From Candidatus Eiseniibacteriota bacterium (GTDB taxonomy: Bacteria; Eisenbacteria; RBG-16-71-46): a stretch of DNA of 64,000 bases. The stretch's first letter is position 1, and each line of letters begins with the position of its first letter. The DNA is taken from the NCBI GenBank assembly GCA_963717505.1, contig OY970342.1, forward strand, positions 3,168,001 to 3,232,000, in the 5' to 3' direction. A program made the position numbers and the translations under genes. Below the pieces are notes generated by a model, which saw nothing but the letters and a program-made list of their open reading frames with translations, had not been told where the DNA came from and did no database searches. Shown here one piece after another: positions 10,883 through 21,029 of this stretch.

Positions 10883-12216
10883 GCTTCATCGGAAGGAGCC
10901 CGGCCGAAGAGCAGCGGATGCTGGGCGAGATCGGCGTCCAGCGCTTCGAGGACTTGCTGGCGGCGATTCCGGCTTCGGTGCGTCGCACCGGCCGCCTGTC
11001 GGTCGGCGGGCCGTGGTCCGAGATCGAGCTGAGGTCGGGGTTCGGCGGGTGGGCGCGGTCGAACGCCGCCGAGAGTGCGATCTCGTTTCTCGGCGCCGGA
11101 GTCTACGAGCATTACATTCCGGCCGCGGTCGCGGCACTCGCTTCGCGCTCCGAATTCGCGACCGCGTACACGCCCTACCAACCCGAAGTCGCGCAGGGTT
11201 CGCTGACCGCGATCTTCGAGTTCCAGAGCATGATCGCCGAATTGACCGGCTGCGACGTCGCGAATGCGTCGATGTACGACGGCGCGACCGCGACCGTCGA
11301 GGCCGCGTTGCTGGCGCGCGCGCAGACCGGGAGGTCGCGGGTGGTGGTGGCGGGTGCCGTGCATCCGCACGTCGTCGAGGTCCTGCGCAGCTATCTCGAA
11401 GGCGACGTGGCGGTGGTCGGCGACCGCGGCGGCATAGCCGCGCCCGAGGATCTGCGAACGTCGCTCGGGCCCGACGTCGCGTGCGTCGTCTATCAGCATC
11501 CGAACTTCTTCGGGCTGCTCGAGAACCCACAGGGTCTGCACGCGATGGCGCATGAGGTCGGGGCCCTGGCGGTGGCGGTGTGCGATCCCATCGCGTTGGC
11601 GCTGGTCGAGCCGCCGGGCCGGTCCGGCGCCGACATCGTGGTCGGCGAGGGCCAGTCGCTCGGAAATCCGCCCTCGTTCGGCGGTCCGATGCTCGGATTC
11701 TTCGCGTGCCGCCAGGGACTGGTTCGTCGGTTGCCGGGCCGACTGGCTGCCGAGACCGCCGACCGCCGCGGACGGCGCGGCTACGTGCTCACGCTCCAGA
11801 CCCGCGAGCAGCACATTCGTCGGGAGAAGGCGACGTCGAACATCTGCACCAATCAGGGTCTGATGGCCCTGCGCGCGACGATCCACCTGGGATTGTTGGG
11901 CCACGAAGGCCTGCGCGAAGTCGCGAACCTGTGCGTGCAGAAGAGCCACCATGCCGCGCGGCTGGCCGAGGCGATTCCGGGCTACCGTCGAGCGCACACG
12001 GCGCCCTTCTTCCGCGAGTTTGCGCTCGAATGCCCCGGAGACGCGGCCGCGGTGGTCGAGCGCGGCCTCGCACGCGGGATTCTCGCCGGCGTCGATCTCG
12101 GACGCTTCCGGCCGGAATGGAAGCGCCTGTTGTTGGTCGCCGTCACGGAAGTGCGCACCGCGGACCAGATCGAACGTTGGGCGGCGGCGCTGCGCGACAG
12201 CGGGGGTGGGCGATGA
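10879..12216 (+). CDS. gcvPA: Glycine dehydrogenase (decarboxylating) subunit 1
   Basis: [49 protein letters not shown]; GTG overlaps the gcvH stop. Confidence 0.96.
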   Translation: MSFIGRSPAEEQRMLGEIGVQRFEDLLAAIPASVRRTGRLSVGGPWSEIELRSGFGGWARSNAAESAISFLGAGVYEHYIPAAVAALASRSEFATAYTPYQPEVAQGSLTAIFEFQSMIAELTGCDVANASMYDGATATVEAALLARAQTGRSRVVVAGAVHPHVVEVLRSYLEGDVAVVGDRGGIAAPEDLRTSLGPDVACVVYQHPNFFGLLENPQGLHAMAHEVGALAVAVCDPIALALVEPPGRSGADIVVGEGQSLGNPPSFGGPMLGFFACRQGLVRRLPGRLAAETADRRGRRGYVLTLQTREQHIRREKATSNICTNQGLMALRATIHLGLLGHEGLREVANLCVQKSHHAARLAEAIPGYRRAHTAPFFREFALECPGDAAAVVERGLARGILAGVDLGRFRPEWKRLLLVAVTEVRTADQIERWAAALRDSGGGR

Positions 12217-13730
12217 ATCACGACGCCCCGCAGGTTCCCCTGCGACTGTTGATTGAGCAGGGCGGCCCCGGGCACCGCGGCCCGGCGTTGCCCGCGTGCG
12301 ACGTGCCGGAGCGTCCGCTGGCCGAGCACCTGCCGGGGGTCGCGCTTCGCGAGGTACTCGCCCTGCCGCAGGTGTCCGAGCCCGAGGTGGTGCGTCACTT
12401 CATCCAGCTCTCGACGCTCAACCATCACATCGATCGCGGGTTCTACCCGCTCGGCTCGTGCACCATGAAGCACAATCCGAAGATCAACGACGAGATCGCG
12501 AGCCTGCCCGGCTTCGCACTCGCGCATCCGCTGGCCCCGGACCATGCGGTGCAGGGCGCTCTGCGCGTGATCCACGAGCTGGAGCGGACGCTGGCGGCGA
12601 TCACCGGCTTCAGTGCGGTGACCACGCAACCGGCGGCGGGAGCGCACGGCGAGATGACCGGCTTGATGATGATCCGGGCCTGGCATCGCTCGCGCGGCGA
12701 GGACGCACGGCGCCGCCGGGTCATTGTCCCCGACTCGGCGCACGGCACCAATCCGGCGAGCGTGAACTTGCTCGGCTGGGAAACGGTGACCATCGCCTCC
12801 GAGGAGCATGCGACGGTGAACCTCGACGAGCTGCGGAAGGCGCTCGACGACCGCACCGCTGCCGTGATGCTCACGGTGCCGAACACCCTCGGCCTGTTCG
12901 AGCCCCACATCCTCGAGGTCACGCGGATGGCCCACGAGGCCGGCGCCCAGGTCTACATGGATGGCGCGAATCTCAACGCACTGGTCGGAATCGTCCGGCC
13001 GGCGGATCTCGGCTTCGACGTCATGCACATCAACGTCCACAAGACCTTTTCGACGCCGCACGGTGGCGGCGGACCCGGAGCCGGTCCGGTGGCGGTCGCC
13101 GCGCACCTCGAACCCTTCCTGCCACGCCCCGTAGTGGTCGAGCGCGGCGGCACCTTCTCGCTCGACCACGACCGCCCGCACAGTATCGGGCGGGTGCACG
13201 GGTTCTTCGGGAACTTCGGAATCCTGGTCCGCGCGCTCACCTACATCCTCGGTCTCGGCCCCGAGGGCCTACAGCAGGTGAGTCGCGGCGCGATCTTGAA
13301 CGCCAACTACCTCATGCGACGCCTGGCGCGCACCTGGAACCTGCCGTACGCGGAACATTGCATGCACGAGTTCGTGCTCTCCGGACGCGGGCTGCGCAAG
13401 CACGGGGTCAAGACGCTCGACGTCGCGAAGCGGCTGCTCGATTTCGGCGTGCACGCGCCGACCGTGTACTTCCCGCTGATCGTCGAGGAAGCTCTGATGA
13501 TCGAGCCGACCGAGACCGAAACCCTGGACCGCCTCGACCACTTCGCCGCCGCGATGGAGCAGATCGCGCGCGAGGCCGTCGAGTCGCCGGCGACCCTGCA
13601 GCAGGCACCCTTCACGACTCCGGTCGACCGACTCGACGAGGGCCGCGCGGCCCGCGAACTGCGCCTGCGCTGGAACGTCCCGGGAGCCACGCCTTCTCCA
13701 TCGGCCGTGGAGACCGCCGTCCGCAAATGA
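12213..13730 (+). CDS. gcvPB: Glycine dehydrogenase (decarboxylating) subunit 2
   Basis: [46 protein letters not shown] (PLP Lys), MIEPTETE. Confidence 0.96.
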   Translation: MNHDAPQVPLRLLIEQGGPGHRGPALPACDVPERPLAEHLPGVALREVLALPQVSEPEVVRHFIQLSTLNHHIDRGFYPLGSCTMKHNPKINDEIASLPGFALAHPLAPDHAVQGALRVIHELERTLAAITGFSAVTTQPAAGAHGEMTGLMMIRAWHRSRGEDARRRRVIVPDSAHGTNPASVNLLGWETVTIASEEHATVNLDELRKALDDRTAAVMLTVPNTLGLFEPHILEVTRMAHEAGAQVYMDGANLNALVGIVRPADLGFDVMHINVHKTFSTPHGGGGPGAGPVAVAAHLEPFLPRPVVVERGGTFSLDHDRPHSIGRVHGFFGNFGILVRALTYILGLGPEGLQQVSRGAILNANYLMRRLARTWNLPYAEHCMHEFVLSGRGLRKHGVKTLDVAKRLLDFGVHAPTVYFPLIVEEALMIEPTETETLDRLDHFAAAMEQIAREAVESPATLQQAPFTTPVDRLDEGRAARELRLRWNVPGATPSPSAVETAVRK

Positions 13731-14149
13731 CTCCCGGGACGCTGGAGTGGACGTATCAGCCGTGGCGCGAATCTCCGGGGCGGGCGGCGATCGCGGCCGC
13801 ATTCACCGTGGGCTCGGCGGCCTGGTTGCTCGCCGCCTCGGGCTCGGCGGTGCTTACCGTGCTGATGTCGCTCGCGGTCGGGGCGCAGCTGGGGACGCTC
13901 CTGATCCCGACCCGTTGTCGGATCGACGGCGACGGCGTGCGTGCGCGTGGACCCTTCGGCTGGGAACGGCGGGCCTGGAGCGCGATCCGACGCGCCCACA
14001 TCGGGCCGGCGGGGCTCTGGGTGTCGCCTTTCGCCGCGCCTCGCCGGATGGATCGATTCCGTTCGCTGCTGTTGCCTCTGCCACGAGCGAAACGCGACGA
14101 CTTGCGGGCGGCACTCGGTCCGATCCTCTCCGAGCACGATCTGGGATGA
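13727..14149 (+). CDS. Small membrane protein of unknown function (two TM helices, PH-like soluble part)
   Basis: [15 protein letters not shown]..., hydrophobic N-terminal helices, W...VSPF...RMDRFR motif; ATGA-coupled to gcvPB and to the next gene. Confidence 0.7.
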   Translation: MTPGTLEWTYQPWRESPGRAAIAAAFTVGSAAWLLAASGSAVLTVLMSLAVGAQLGTLLIPTRCRIDGDGVRARGPFGWERRAWSAIRRAHIGPAGLWVSPFAAPRRMDRFRSLLLPLPRAKRDDLRAALGPILSEHDLG

Positions 14150-14493
14150 CCAAGCCCGACGAGGTGCTCGACGAACAGGATCGGGCCCTGCTCGATCGCG
14201 TAGCGGCCCGCATCGTCGAGCTGCGGCTCGAGGTCCCGGCGATCCTGACGCTCGAAGGCAGCCGGCCGCTGACCGTGGTGGCCGGGCAGGCGATGATCTT
14301 CCTCGAACCGATCGTCCTGGCGTTGTTCCACTTCCCCGACTATCGCCGCTTCGCGCAGGCGATCGAGCGACGCGCGGCGCTCGACTACCTGATTCGCGGA
14401 ATCGAGACGCGCGCCGACGACGCGTTGGTGGCGCGCCGGGGTTCGCGAACCGCCGGCGGCAGCGAAGCCGGGCACGACCCGAGCGCGCGGTGA
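14146..14493 (+). CDS. Hypothetical protein
   Basis: [42 protein letters not shown]...; translationally coupled on both sides. Confidence 0.7.
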   Translation: MTKPDEVLDEQDRALLDRVAARIVELRLEVPAILTLEGSRPLTVVAGQAMIFLEPIVLALFHFPDYRRFAQAIERRAALDYLIRGIETRADDALVARRGSRTAGGSEAGHDPSAR

Positions 14494-16298
14494 CCCTCGA
14501 CCCGAGCCAGATTCATTCGATCCTCGCGACCGACTGCGGCTCGACCACGACCAAGGCGATCCTGGTCGAGCGCGGCCCGGAGGGTTTCCGCCTGGTGACG
14601 CGCGGCGAGGCCCCGACCACGGTCGAAGCCCCGTTCGAAGACGTCACGCGCGGCGTGCTCAACGCCGTACGCGAGGTCGAGGAGCTGGCCGGACGCCGAC
14701 TGCTCGACGGCGAGCGCATCATCACGCCGCGCCAGGGCGACGACGGCGTCGACCTCTACCTGTCGACCTCGAGCGCCGGTGGCGGACTCCAGATGATGGT
14801 CTCGGGCCTGGTGCTGCAGATGACCGGGGAGAGCGCCCAGCGCGCCGCCCTGGGAGCGGGAGCGATCGTCATGGACGTGATTGCGCTCAACGACGGCCGG
14901 CGTCCGTACGAGAAGATCCGCCGCCTTCGGCAGCTGCGTCCGGACATGATCCTGCTTTCCGGCGGCACCGATGGCGGCGACATCAAACGCGTCGCCGAAA
15001 TGGCGGAGATCCTGGTGGCAGCCGACCCCAAGGCGCGGCTCGGCGCCGGCTACGAGCTGCCGGTGATCTACGCGGGCAACCAGGAAGCCGCACCCATCGT
15101 GCGCGACTGCCTGGGCGGGCGCACGGCTCTCACCGTGGTGCCCAACCTGCGCCCGAGCCTCGAACACGAGAACCTGAAGCCGGCCCGCGACGCGATCCAC
15201 GAACTGTTCATGGAGCACGTCATGGCGCACGCGCCGGGGTACAAGAAGCTGATGACCTGGACGCCGGTGCCGATCATGCCGACCCCGGGTGCGGTCGGGC
15301 TGATCATCGAGAAGGTCGCCAAGCGCGACGGCATCGCCGTCGTCGGCGTCGACATCGGCGGCGCGACCACCGACGTGTTTTCGGTGTTCCAGGACGTGTT
15401 CAATCGGACGGTCTCGGCCAATCTCGGCATGAGCTATTCGGTGTCCAACGTGCTGGCGGAAACCGGCATCGAGAACGTGCTGCGCTGGGTGCCGTTCGCG
15501 GTCGACGAAGTCGAGCTGCGGAACCGGATCAAGAACAAGATGATCCGGCCGACGACGATTCCGCAGTCGCTCGAAGACCTGGTGATCGAACAGGCCATCG
15601 CGCGCGAGGCCCTGCGCCTGGCGTTCGAGCAGCACAAGGCGCTCGCGGTCGGGCTCAAGGGGGTCCAGACCGAACGAACGATCTCGGACATCATGCACCA
15701 GTCGGCGAGCGGCAGCTCGCTGGTCAACCTCATGGACCTCGGTCTGCTGGTCGGATCGGGCGGCGTGCTGTCGCACGCGCCGCGCCGCGCCCAGGCCGCT
15801 CTGATGATGATCGATGCGTTCCTGCCGGAGGGCCTCACCCATCTCGCGGTCGACAGCATTTTCATGGCGCCTCAGCTCGGCATCATGTCGACGGTGCACG
15901 AGGAGGCGGCGACCCAGGTGTTCGAGCGCGATTGCCTGATCCGACTGGGCGCGGTGCTGGCGCCGGTCGGCGGCGGCAAGGAGGGCCAGGCCTGCCTCCG
16001 GATCGAACTCGAAGCACCCGCTCTCGAGCGCATCGAGCGATCGATCCCGTTCGGCCAGTTGGTGATGCTGCCGCTGCCGACTCAGGGCACGGCGCGGCTG
16101 ACCGCGACCCCGGAGCGCGGTTTCGATCTCGGCGCCGGGCGCGGCAAGTCGTTGCTCGCCGAGGTGCGCGCCGGGGTGTGCGGACTGATCGTCGACACGC
16201 GGGGCCGGCAACCCTTCCACCTGCCGTCGGACGCCAGTCGCATTCCCAAGCTGCGCCTGTGGAACCAGGCGCTCGGCGCGTACCCGCGCGAGGTGTGA
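14490..16298 (+). CDS. GlmL/MutL-family (glutamate mutase L-like) ASKHA ATPase-fold protein
   Basis: Phosphate-1 motif TDCGSTTTK, APTTVE, SSAGGGL, LSGGTDGG, MPTPGAV, phosphate-2 motif VDIGGATTDVFS, RTVSANLGMSYS, GSGGVLSHAP. Confidence 0.88.
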   Translation: MTLDPSQIHSILATDCGSTTTKAILVERGPEGFRLVTRGEAPTTVEAPFEDVTRGVLNAVREVEELAGRRLLDGERIITPRQGDDGVDLYLSTSSAGGGLQMMVSGLVLQMTGESAQRAALGAGAIVMDVIALNDGRRPYEKIRRLRQLRPDMILLSGGTDGGDIKRVAEMAEILVAADPKARLGAGYELPVIYAGNQEAAPIVRDCLGGRTALTVVPNLRPSLEHENLKPARDAIHELFMEHVMAHAPGYKKLMTWTPVPIMPTPGAVGLIIEKVAKRDGIAVVGVDIGGATTDVFSVFQDVFNRTVSANLGMSYSVSNVLAETGIENVLRWVPFAVDEVELRNRIKNKMIRPTTIPQSLEDLVIEQAIAREALRLAFEQHKALAVGLKGVQTERTISDIMHQSASGSSLVNLMDLGLLVGSGGVLSHAPRRAQAALMMIDAFLPEGLTHLAVDSIFMAPQLGIMSTVHEEAATQVFERDCLIRLGAVLAPVGGGKEGQACLRIELEAPALERIERSIPFGQLVMLPLPTQGTARLTATPERGFDLGAGRGKSLLAEVRAGVCGLIVDTRGRQPFHLPSDASRIPKLRLWNQALGAYPREV

Positions 16299-16302
16299 CG
16301 CC

Positions 16303-17427
16303 GTGGCCCACGCCTACACTCCCGGATTGCGCGTCACCGGACGCACGGTGGTGCGCCGCGAGCGCCGGCTCCCGCTCAAGGGGTCGGTGGTGGTGGCGCC
16401 GCGTCAGTCGGTGAACGCCGACACGGTGGTCGCGCGCACCGAGCTGCCGGGAAACATCCACACCGTGAACCTGGCCGCCAAGTTGTCGATCGATCCCGCG
16501 CAGGCGGCGAGTTCACTCACCCGGCCGATCGGTTCGGCGGTGCGCAAGGGCGAGGAGATCGCGGCGGCGCGGAGCCTGTTCGGATTGATGCGCAATGCCG
16601 CCGCCGCCCCGGTCGCGGGTACGCTCGAGAGCGTTTCGTCGGTGACCGGACAGCTCATCGTGCGTGAGCCACCGATTCCGGTCGAGGTCCAGGCCTATGT
16701 CCGCGGCATCGTGGCCGAGGTCCTGCCCGAGGAAGGGGTCGTCGTCGAGTCGAATGCCGCGCTGCTGCAGGGAATTTTCGGCGTCGGCGGCGAGACGTTC
16801 GGGCCGATTGCGATCGCGGCGACCTCGACGTCCCAGCCACTGGAGCGTGACCAGCTGCGTCCCGAGCATCGCGGGTGCGTCGTGGTCGGTGGCGCGCACG
16901 TTTCGCACTCGGTGCTCCTGCATGCCCGAGATCTGGGGGTGGCCGCGGTGGTGGTCGGCGGTTTCGACGACCGCGACCTGCGCGAACTGCTCGGCCGCGA
17001 CCTGGGGGTCGCGATCACCGGGTCCGAAGACCTCGGGATCACTCTGGTGCTCACCGAGGGCTTTGGCCACATTCCAATGGCGGATCGCACCTGGCGCCTG
17101 CTGAACGAGCATACGGGGCGGACCGCGTCGGTCAGCGGCGCGACCCAGATCCGAGCGGGCGTCCTGCGCCCGGAGATCCTGATTCCGCTCGATTCCTCGA
17201 GTGTCGTCGGCGTCGAGGCGGGACAATCGACCGGTCTCGAGATCGGATCCCTGATCCGGGCCATTCGACAGCCGTATTTCGGTCGCATCGCGAGCGTCGT
17301 CGAGCTGCCCGCCGAACTCCAGGCGCTCGACTCCGAAGCGCAGGTCCGCGTCCTGGTCGCCGAGTTCGCGGACGACCAGACTCGGGCGCTGATCCCCCGC
17401 GCCAACGTGGAGTTGATCGCGTCGTGA
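16303..17427 (+). CDS. Conserved hypothetical protein with barrel-sandwich (lipoyl-like) domain and C-terminal KOW/SH3-like domain
   Basis: MAHAYTPGL start; GSAVRKGEEIA...APVAGTLESVS; QGIFGVGGE; LTEGFG; TQIRAGVLRPE; GSLIRAIRQPYFGRIASV...IPRANVE. Confidence 0.8.
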   Translation: MAHAYTPGLRVTGRTVVRRERRLPLKGSVVVAPRQSVNADTVVARTELPGNIHTVNLAAKLSIDPAQAASSLTRPIGSAVRKGEEIAAARSLFGLMRNAAAAPVAGTLESVSSVTGQLIVREPPIPVEVQAYVRGIVAEVLPEEGVVVESNAALLQGIFGVGGETFGPIAIAATSTSQPLERDQLRPEHRGCVVVGGAHVSHSVLLHARDLGVAAVVVGGFDDRDLRELLGRDLGVAITGSEDLGITLVLTEGFGHIPMADRTWRLLNEHTGRTASVSGATQIRAGVLRPEILIPLDSSSVVGVEAGQSTGLEIGSLIRAIRQPYFGRIASVVELPAELQALDSEAQVRVLVAEFADDQTRALIPRANVELIAS

Positions 17428-17474
17428 ACCACGATCGCCTGGTCGTCATGCCGCCGGCGTTCGGTCCATTTCCG

Positions 17475-17504
17475 TTGACAGACTGCAACGGCCGCTGCTA
17501 CGGT
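17475..17504 (+). promoter_or_regulatory. Putative internal sigma70 promoter for the membrane genes
   Basis: TTGACA-N18-TACGGT with an extended -10 TG, in the 142-bp gap before the FN3-DUF6754 gene. Confidence 0.55.
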
Positions 17505-17569
17505 GCCGCGCGATCGTGCCGGGGATACCAGGCACGATTTTGCTTTTCGCCGCAGCCCGACGTCGAGGA

Positions 17570-18783
17570 ATGACGATGCGAGTCGCATCCCAGCGGTCGA
17601 GGAAGCCAGGGGAGCAGGGTCGCGGGGCGTGCGTGTTGCTGGGCATCCTCCTGTTCGCGGCGAGCGCCTGGGCGCAGGAGTCCCCGGGTCCGGCGAGTTC
17701 CACGCCGCCGGCTCCGCCCAGCAACCTGACGGTGGTCGATCCGCCGAACGACGCCGGCCGCTCCCTGGTTCTGAACTGGACACCCTCCGCCGACGACGGC
17801 ACCCCCGGCGTCAAGGGGTATCAATTGCATCGCGCGAAGGATCCGGGCGGACCCTGGGATCTGGTCGATTCCGTCAATGCCGGGGTCGCCACCTACACCG
17901 ATCAAAGCGTGAAACGGGATATCGACTACTTCTACCGGGTGACGGCCACCGGCCCCTTCGGCCTGGTGCCTGCGCGCAGCGTCACCGGCCCGGTCCGCGC
18001 CGAAGCCGCAGTGGTACAACGATGGCCGGACCAGCGTACTGATCGGCCTGATCCTGTTCTTCGCGTTCGTCCTCTACTTCATCGCCAGCGCCCAGGCTGG
18101 GACGAAACCGTTCGTGCGCCGGATCGCGGGCATCGACGCGATCGAGGAGGCGATCGGGCGCGCCACCGAGATGGGCCGCTCGGTGCTCTACATCCCGGGC
18201 ATTCTCGACATCGACGACATCCAGACGGTCGCGGGACTGGTGATCCTCGAGAACGTCGCCAAGATCACGGCCCGCTACGAGACGCCGATCACCGTGCCGG
18301 TCACCTATCCGATCCCGTTCACGATCGCCGAGGAGATGGTCAAAGCCGGGTACCTGCAGGCCGGAAAGCCCGACCAGTACGACCCGAACAGCGTGCGCTT
18401 CATCTCGCCCGAGCAGTTCGCTTACGTCGCCGCGGTGACCGGCATCATGATGCGCGACAAGCCGGCCGCCCACATCTTCATGGGCGCGTTCTACGCCGAG
18501 TCGCTGTTGCTCGCCGAGACCGGCTTCGCGAACGGCGCCATCCAGGTGGCCGGGCACGGCCAACGTCCACCAGCTTCCGTTCTTCGTCGTCGCCTGCGAC
18601 TACACGCTGATCGGCGAGGAGCTGTACGCGGCCAGCGCCTACCTGTCCGGCGACCCCAAGCTGGTCGGCGGGCTCAAGGGCGCCGACCTGATGAAGATCG
18701 TGATCATCCTGGCGGTGTTCGTCGGCTGCGTCCTCGAGACCATGCACATCACGGCGTTCACCAAGTTGATGGAGACCCGGTGA
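17570..18783 (+). CDS. Fibronectin type III + DUF6754 membrane protein (apparent frameshifts near 18010 and 18555)
   Basis: Signal peptide, FN3 (PPAPPSNLTV...LNWTPS...YFYRVTA), TM, then RRIAGIDAIEEAIGRATEMG, GAFYAESLLLAETG, QLPFFVVACDYTLIGEELYAASAYL across three frames; TGA at 18781. Confidence 0.8.
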
Positions 18784-18790
18784 GGGCGGC

Positions 18791-19457
18791 ATGAAGCGCG
18801 AGATTCCGCTCCTGCTGACCGCGGTGCATCGGGCTGTTCATGATCCTGTCGTTCTTCGTGCCCCACCACGTCGGTCAGCGTTCCGGCGGACTTCCTGCAG
18901 GCGACGGCGATCATCGTGGTGGCGTTCGGCTACGTCCTGGGCGGCGCGAATGCGCTGCGCGTCAACCTCGACGCGATCGACAAGCGCCAGCCGGGCTGGC
19001 TCTACAAGGTCGTGCTGGTGGTGGCGCTGCTCGCCACGGTGGTCATCGGCTTCATCGACGGCGTCTCGCGCCAGGGCGGCTTCCTCAACGAGGGCATCGC
19101 AGTCGAAGTGGATCTACGACCGTCTCTACTCGCCGATGGCAGTCGACGATGTTCTCGCTGCTCGCGTTCTTCATCGCCTCGGCGGCGTTCCGCGCGTTCC
19201 GCATCCGCACGGTCGAGGCCGGCCTGCTCGCGGTCGCCGCGCTGATCGTCATGCTCGGCCGCGTGCCGGTCGGCGACGTGATGAGCGGGGCCCTGCCCGA
19301 GTGGCTGCGTCTGGGCGCGATGCAGGACTGGATCATGAACGTGCCGCAGAACGCGGCGAAGCGCGCGATCCTGATCGGCGCCGCGCTGGGCGTGATGGCG
19401 ACCGGCCTGCGCGTGATCCTCGGCATCGAGCGCTCGTACCTGAGCGGGGAGGACTGA
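18791..19457 (+). CDS. Conserved multi-pass membrane protein (frameshifted)
   Basis: MKREIPLLLT...; STMFSLLAFFIASAAFRAFRIRTVEA; MLGRVP; AAKRAILIGAALG...LRVILGIER, assembled across frames. Confidence 0.78.
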
Positions 19458-19458
19458 C

Positions 19459-20289
19459 GTGAACCTGCCGCTCGAGAACCTCGACCGCCGCTGGATCTTC
19501 CTGATCATGGGGGTGCTGGTGCTGCTGGCCCGCTGCTCTTCCCGCTGTCGCTGCCGCTCATCGTCTCGCCGCCGGTCCACGGCTTCCGGCGACGCGATCG
19601 ATCGCAGTCCCGAACGGCTCGACCGTGCTGCATGTCGTGCGACTACGACCCGGGCGCGATTCCCGAGATGGTGCCGATGACCCGGACCGCGCTCCGGCAC
19701 CTGCTGTCGAAGGACTGCAAGGTGGTGATGACCGTGCTGTGGAACGGCGGGCCGGGCCTGGTCGACAGCGTCACCCGCGAGGTGGCGCGCGAGTTCCCGG
19801 GCAAGACCTACGGCGTGGACTGGGTCAACCTCGGCTACAAGGCCGGCAACGAGGCGGTGATGGTGGTGATGGGCCAGGGCATCGCCAACGCGTTCCCGCG
19901 CGACTACCGCGGCAACGAGACCCGCACGCTGCCGATCATGGCGCAACGTGCGCGACTACTCGAGCTTCCCGCTGCTCGTGAACATCTCGTCCGGCTATCC
20001 CGGCACCAAGGAGTGGGTGCAGCAGGTGCAGGCGCGCTTCCACCTGCCGATGGTCGCGGGCTGTCACCGCGGTCAGCGCGCCCGAGTACTACCCCTATCT
20101 GCAGTCGGGCCAGCTGCTCGGCCTGCTGGGCGGCATGGCCGGCGCCGCCGAGTACGAGAAGGCGCGCGGCGAGAAGGGCACGGCGACCGAGGGCATGGAC
20201 GCCCAGTCGCTGGCGCACATCTTCGTGGCCATCTGCATCGTGCTCGGCAACGTGGTTCGCCGCGGCCAGAAGCGAGAGGCGTCGCATGA
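19459..20289 (+). CDS. Conserved membrane-anchored protein (frameshifted; end approximate)
   Basis: LDRRWIFLIM TM; SCDYDPGAIPEM; YGVDWVNLGYKAG; GQLLGLLGGMAGAAEYE; MDAQSLAH...LGN C-terminal TM. Confidence 0.75.
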
Positions 20290-20986
20290 ACGTGCATCCG
20301 GCGACATCGGCGTCTGGATCGCCGCGCTGCTGACGCTGTGCATCTTCAGCTTCCTGTACAAGGACAATCCGTTCTACAAGTTCGCCGAGCATCTGTTCGT
20401 CGGCGTCTCGGCCGGCTACTTCATCATCCTCAACTTCTGGACGGTGATCGTCCCCAACCTGGTGCGAGCCGCTGTGCCGCCATCGTTCGGACGCGGCGCG
20501 GGCGGTGCACCGCCGGCCGACCGCCCGGCATGTTCGCCGCCGGAGCTCGGCGACTATCGCGGCTGCCTGCTGATCCCGGCGTTGCTCGGCGTGCTGCTGT
20601 TCACGCGTCTGTTCGGCAAGCATCGGCTGGCTGTCGCGCTGGTCGCTGGCGGTGATCATCGGCGTCTACGCCGGGATCAAGACCACCGGATTCGCGCAGG
20701 GCGACTTCGTCGCGCAGGTGCAGGCGAGCCTGCAGCCGCTGTGGATCCGGCGACCCGTGGCGATACGTTCAACGCGATCGTGTTCACGGTCGGACTGATC
20801 ACGTCGCTGCTGTTCTTCTTCTTCAGCCGCGAGCACAAGGGCGCACTCGGCGTCGCCTCGCGGGTCGGCATCGTCTTCCTGATGATCGGGTTCGGCGCCG
20901 GCTACGGCTACACGGTGATGTCGCGCATCTCGCTGCTCATCGGGCGGTTCCAGTTCCTGCTCGAGACCTGGCTGGGCCTGGGCTGA
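20286..20986 (+). CDS. Conserved multi-pass membrane protein (frameshifted)
   Basis: GVWIAALLTLCIFSFLYKDNPFYKFAEHLFVGVSAGY...FLMIGFGAGYGYTVMSRISLLIGR. Confidence 0.8.
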
Positions 20987-21029
20987 CGGTCGCCCCGCCC
21001 GCACCCACGCGGGCACGCGTCGCGCCGGC

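Noticed and set aside
20135-20986. Fusion of the last two membrane proteins (283-aa ORF)
   Set aside because: An ATG at 20286 with an ATGA overlap and nearby indels indicate two genes, although the exact boundary is uncertain.
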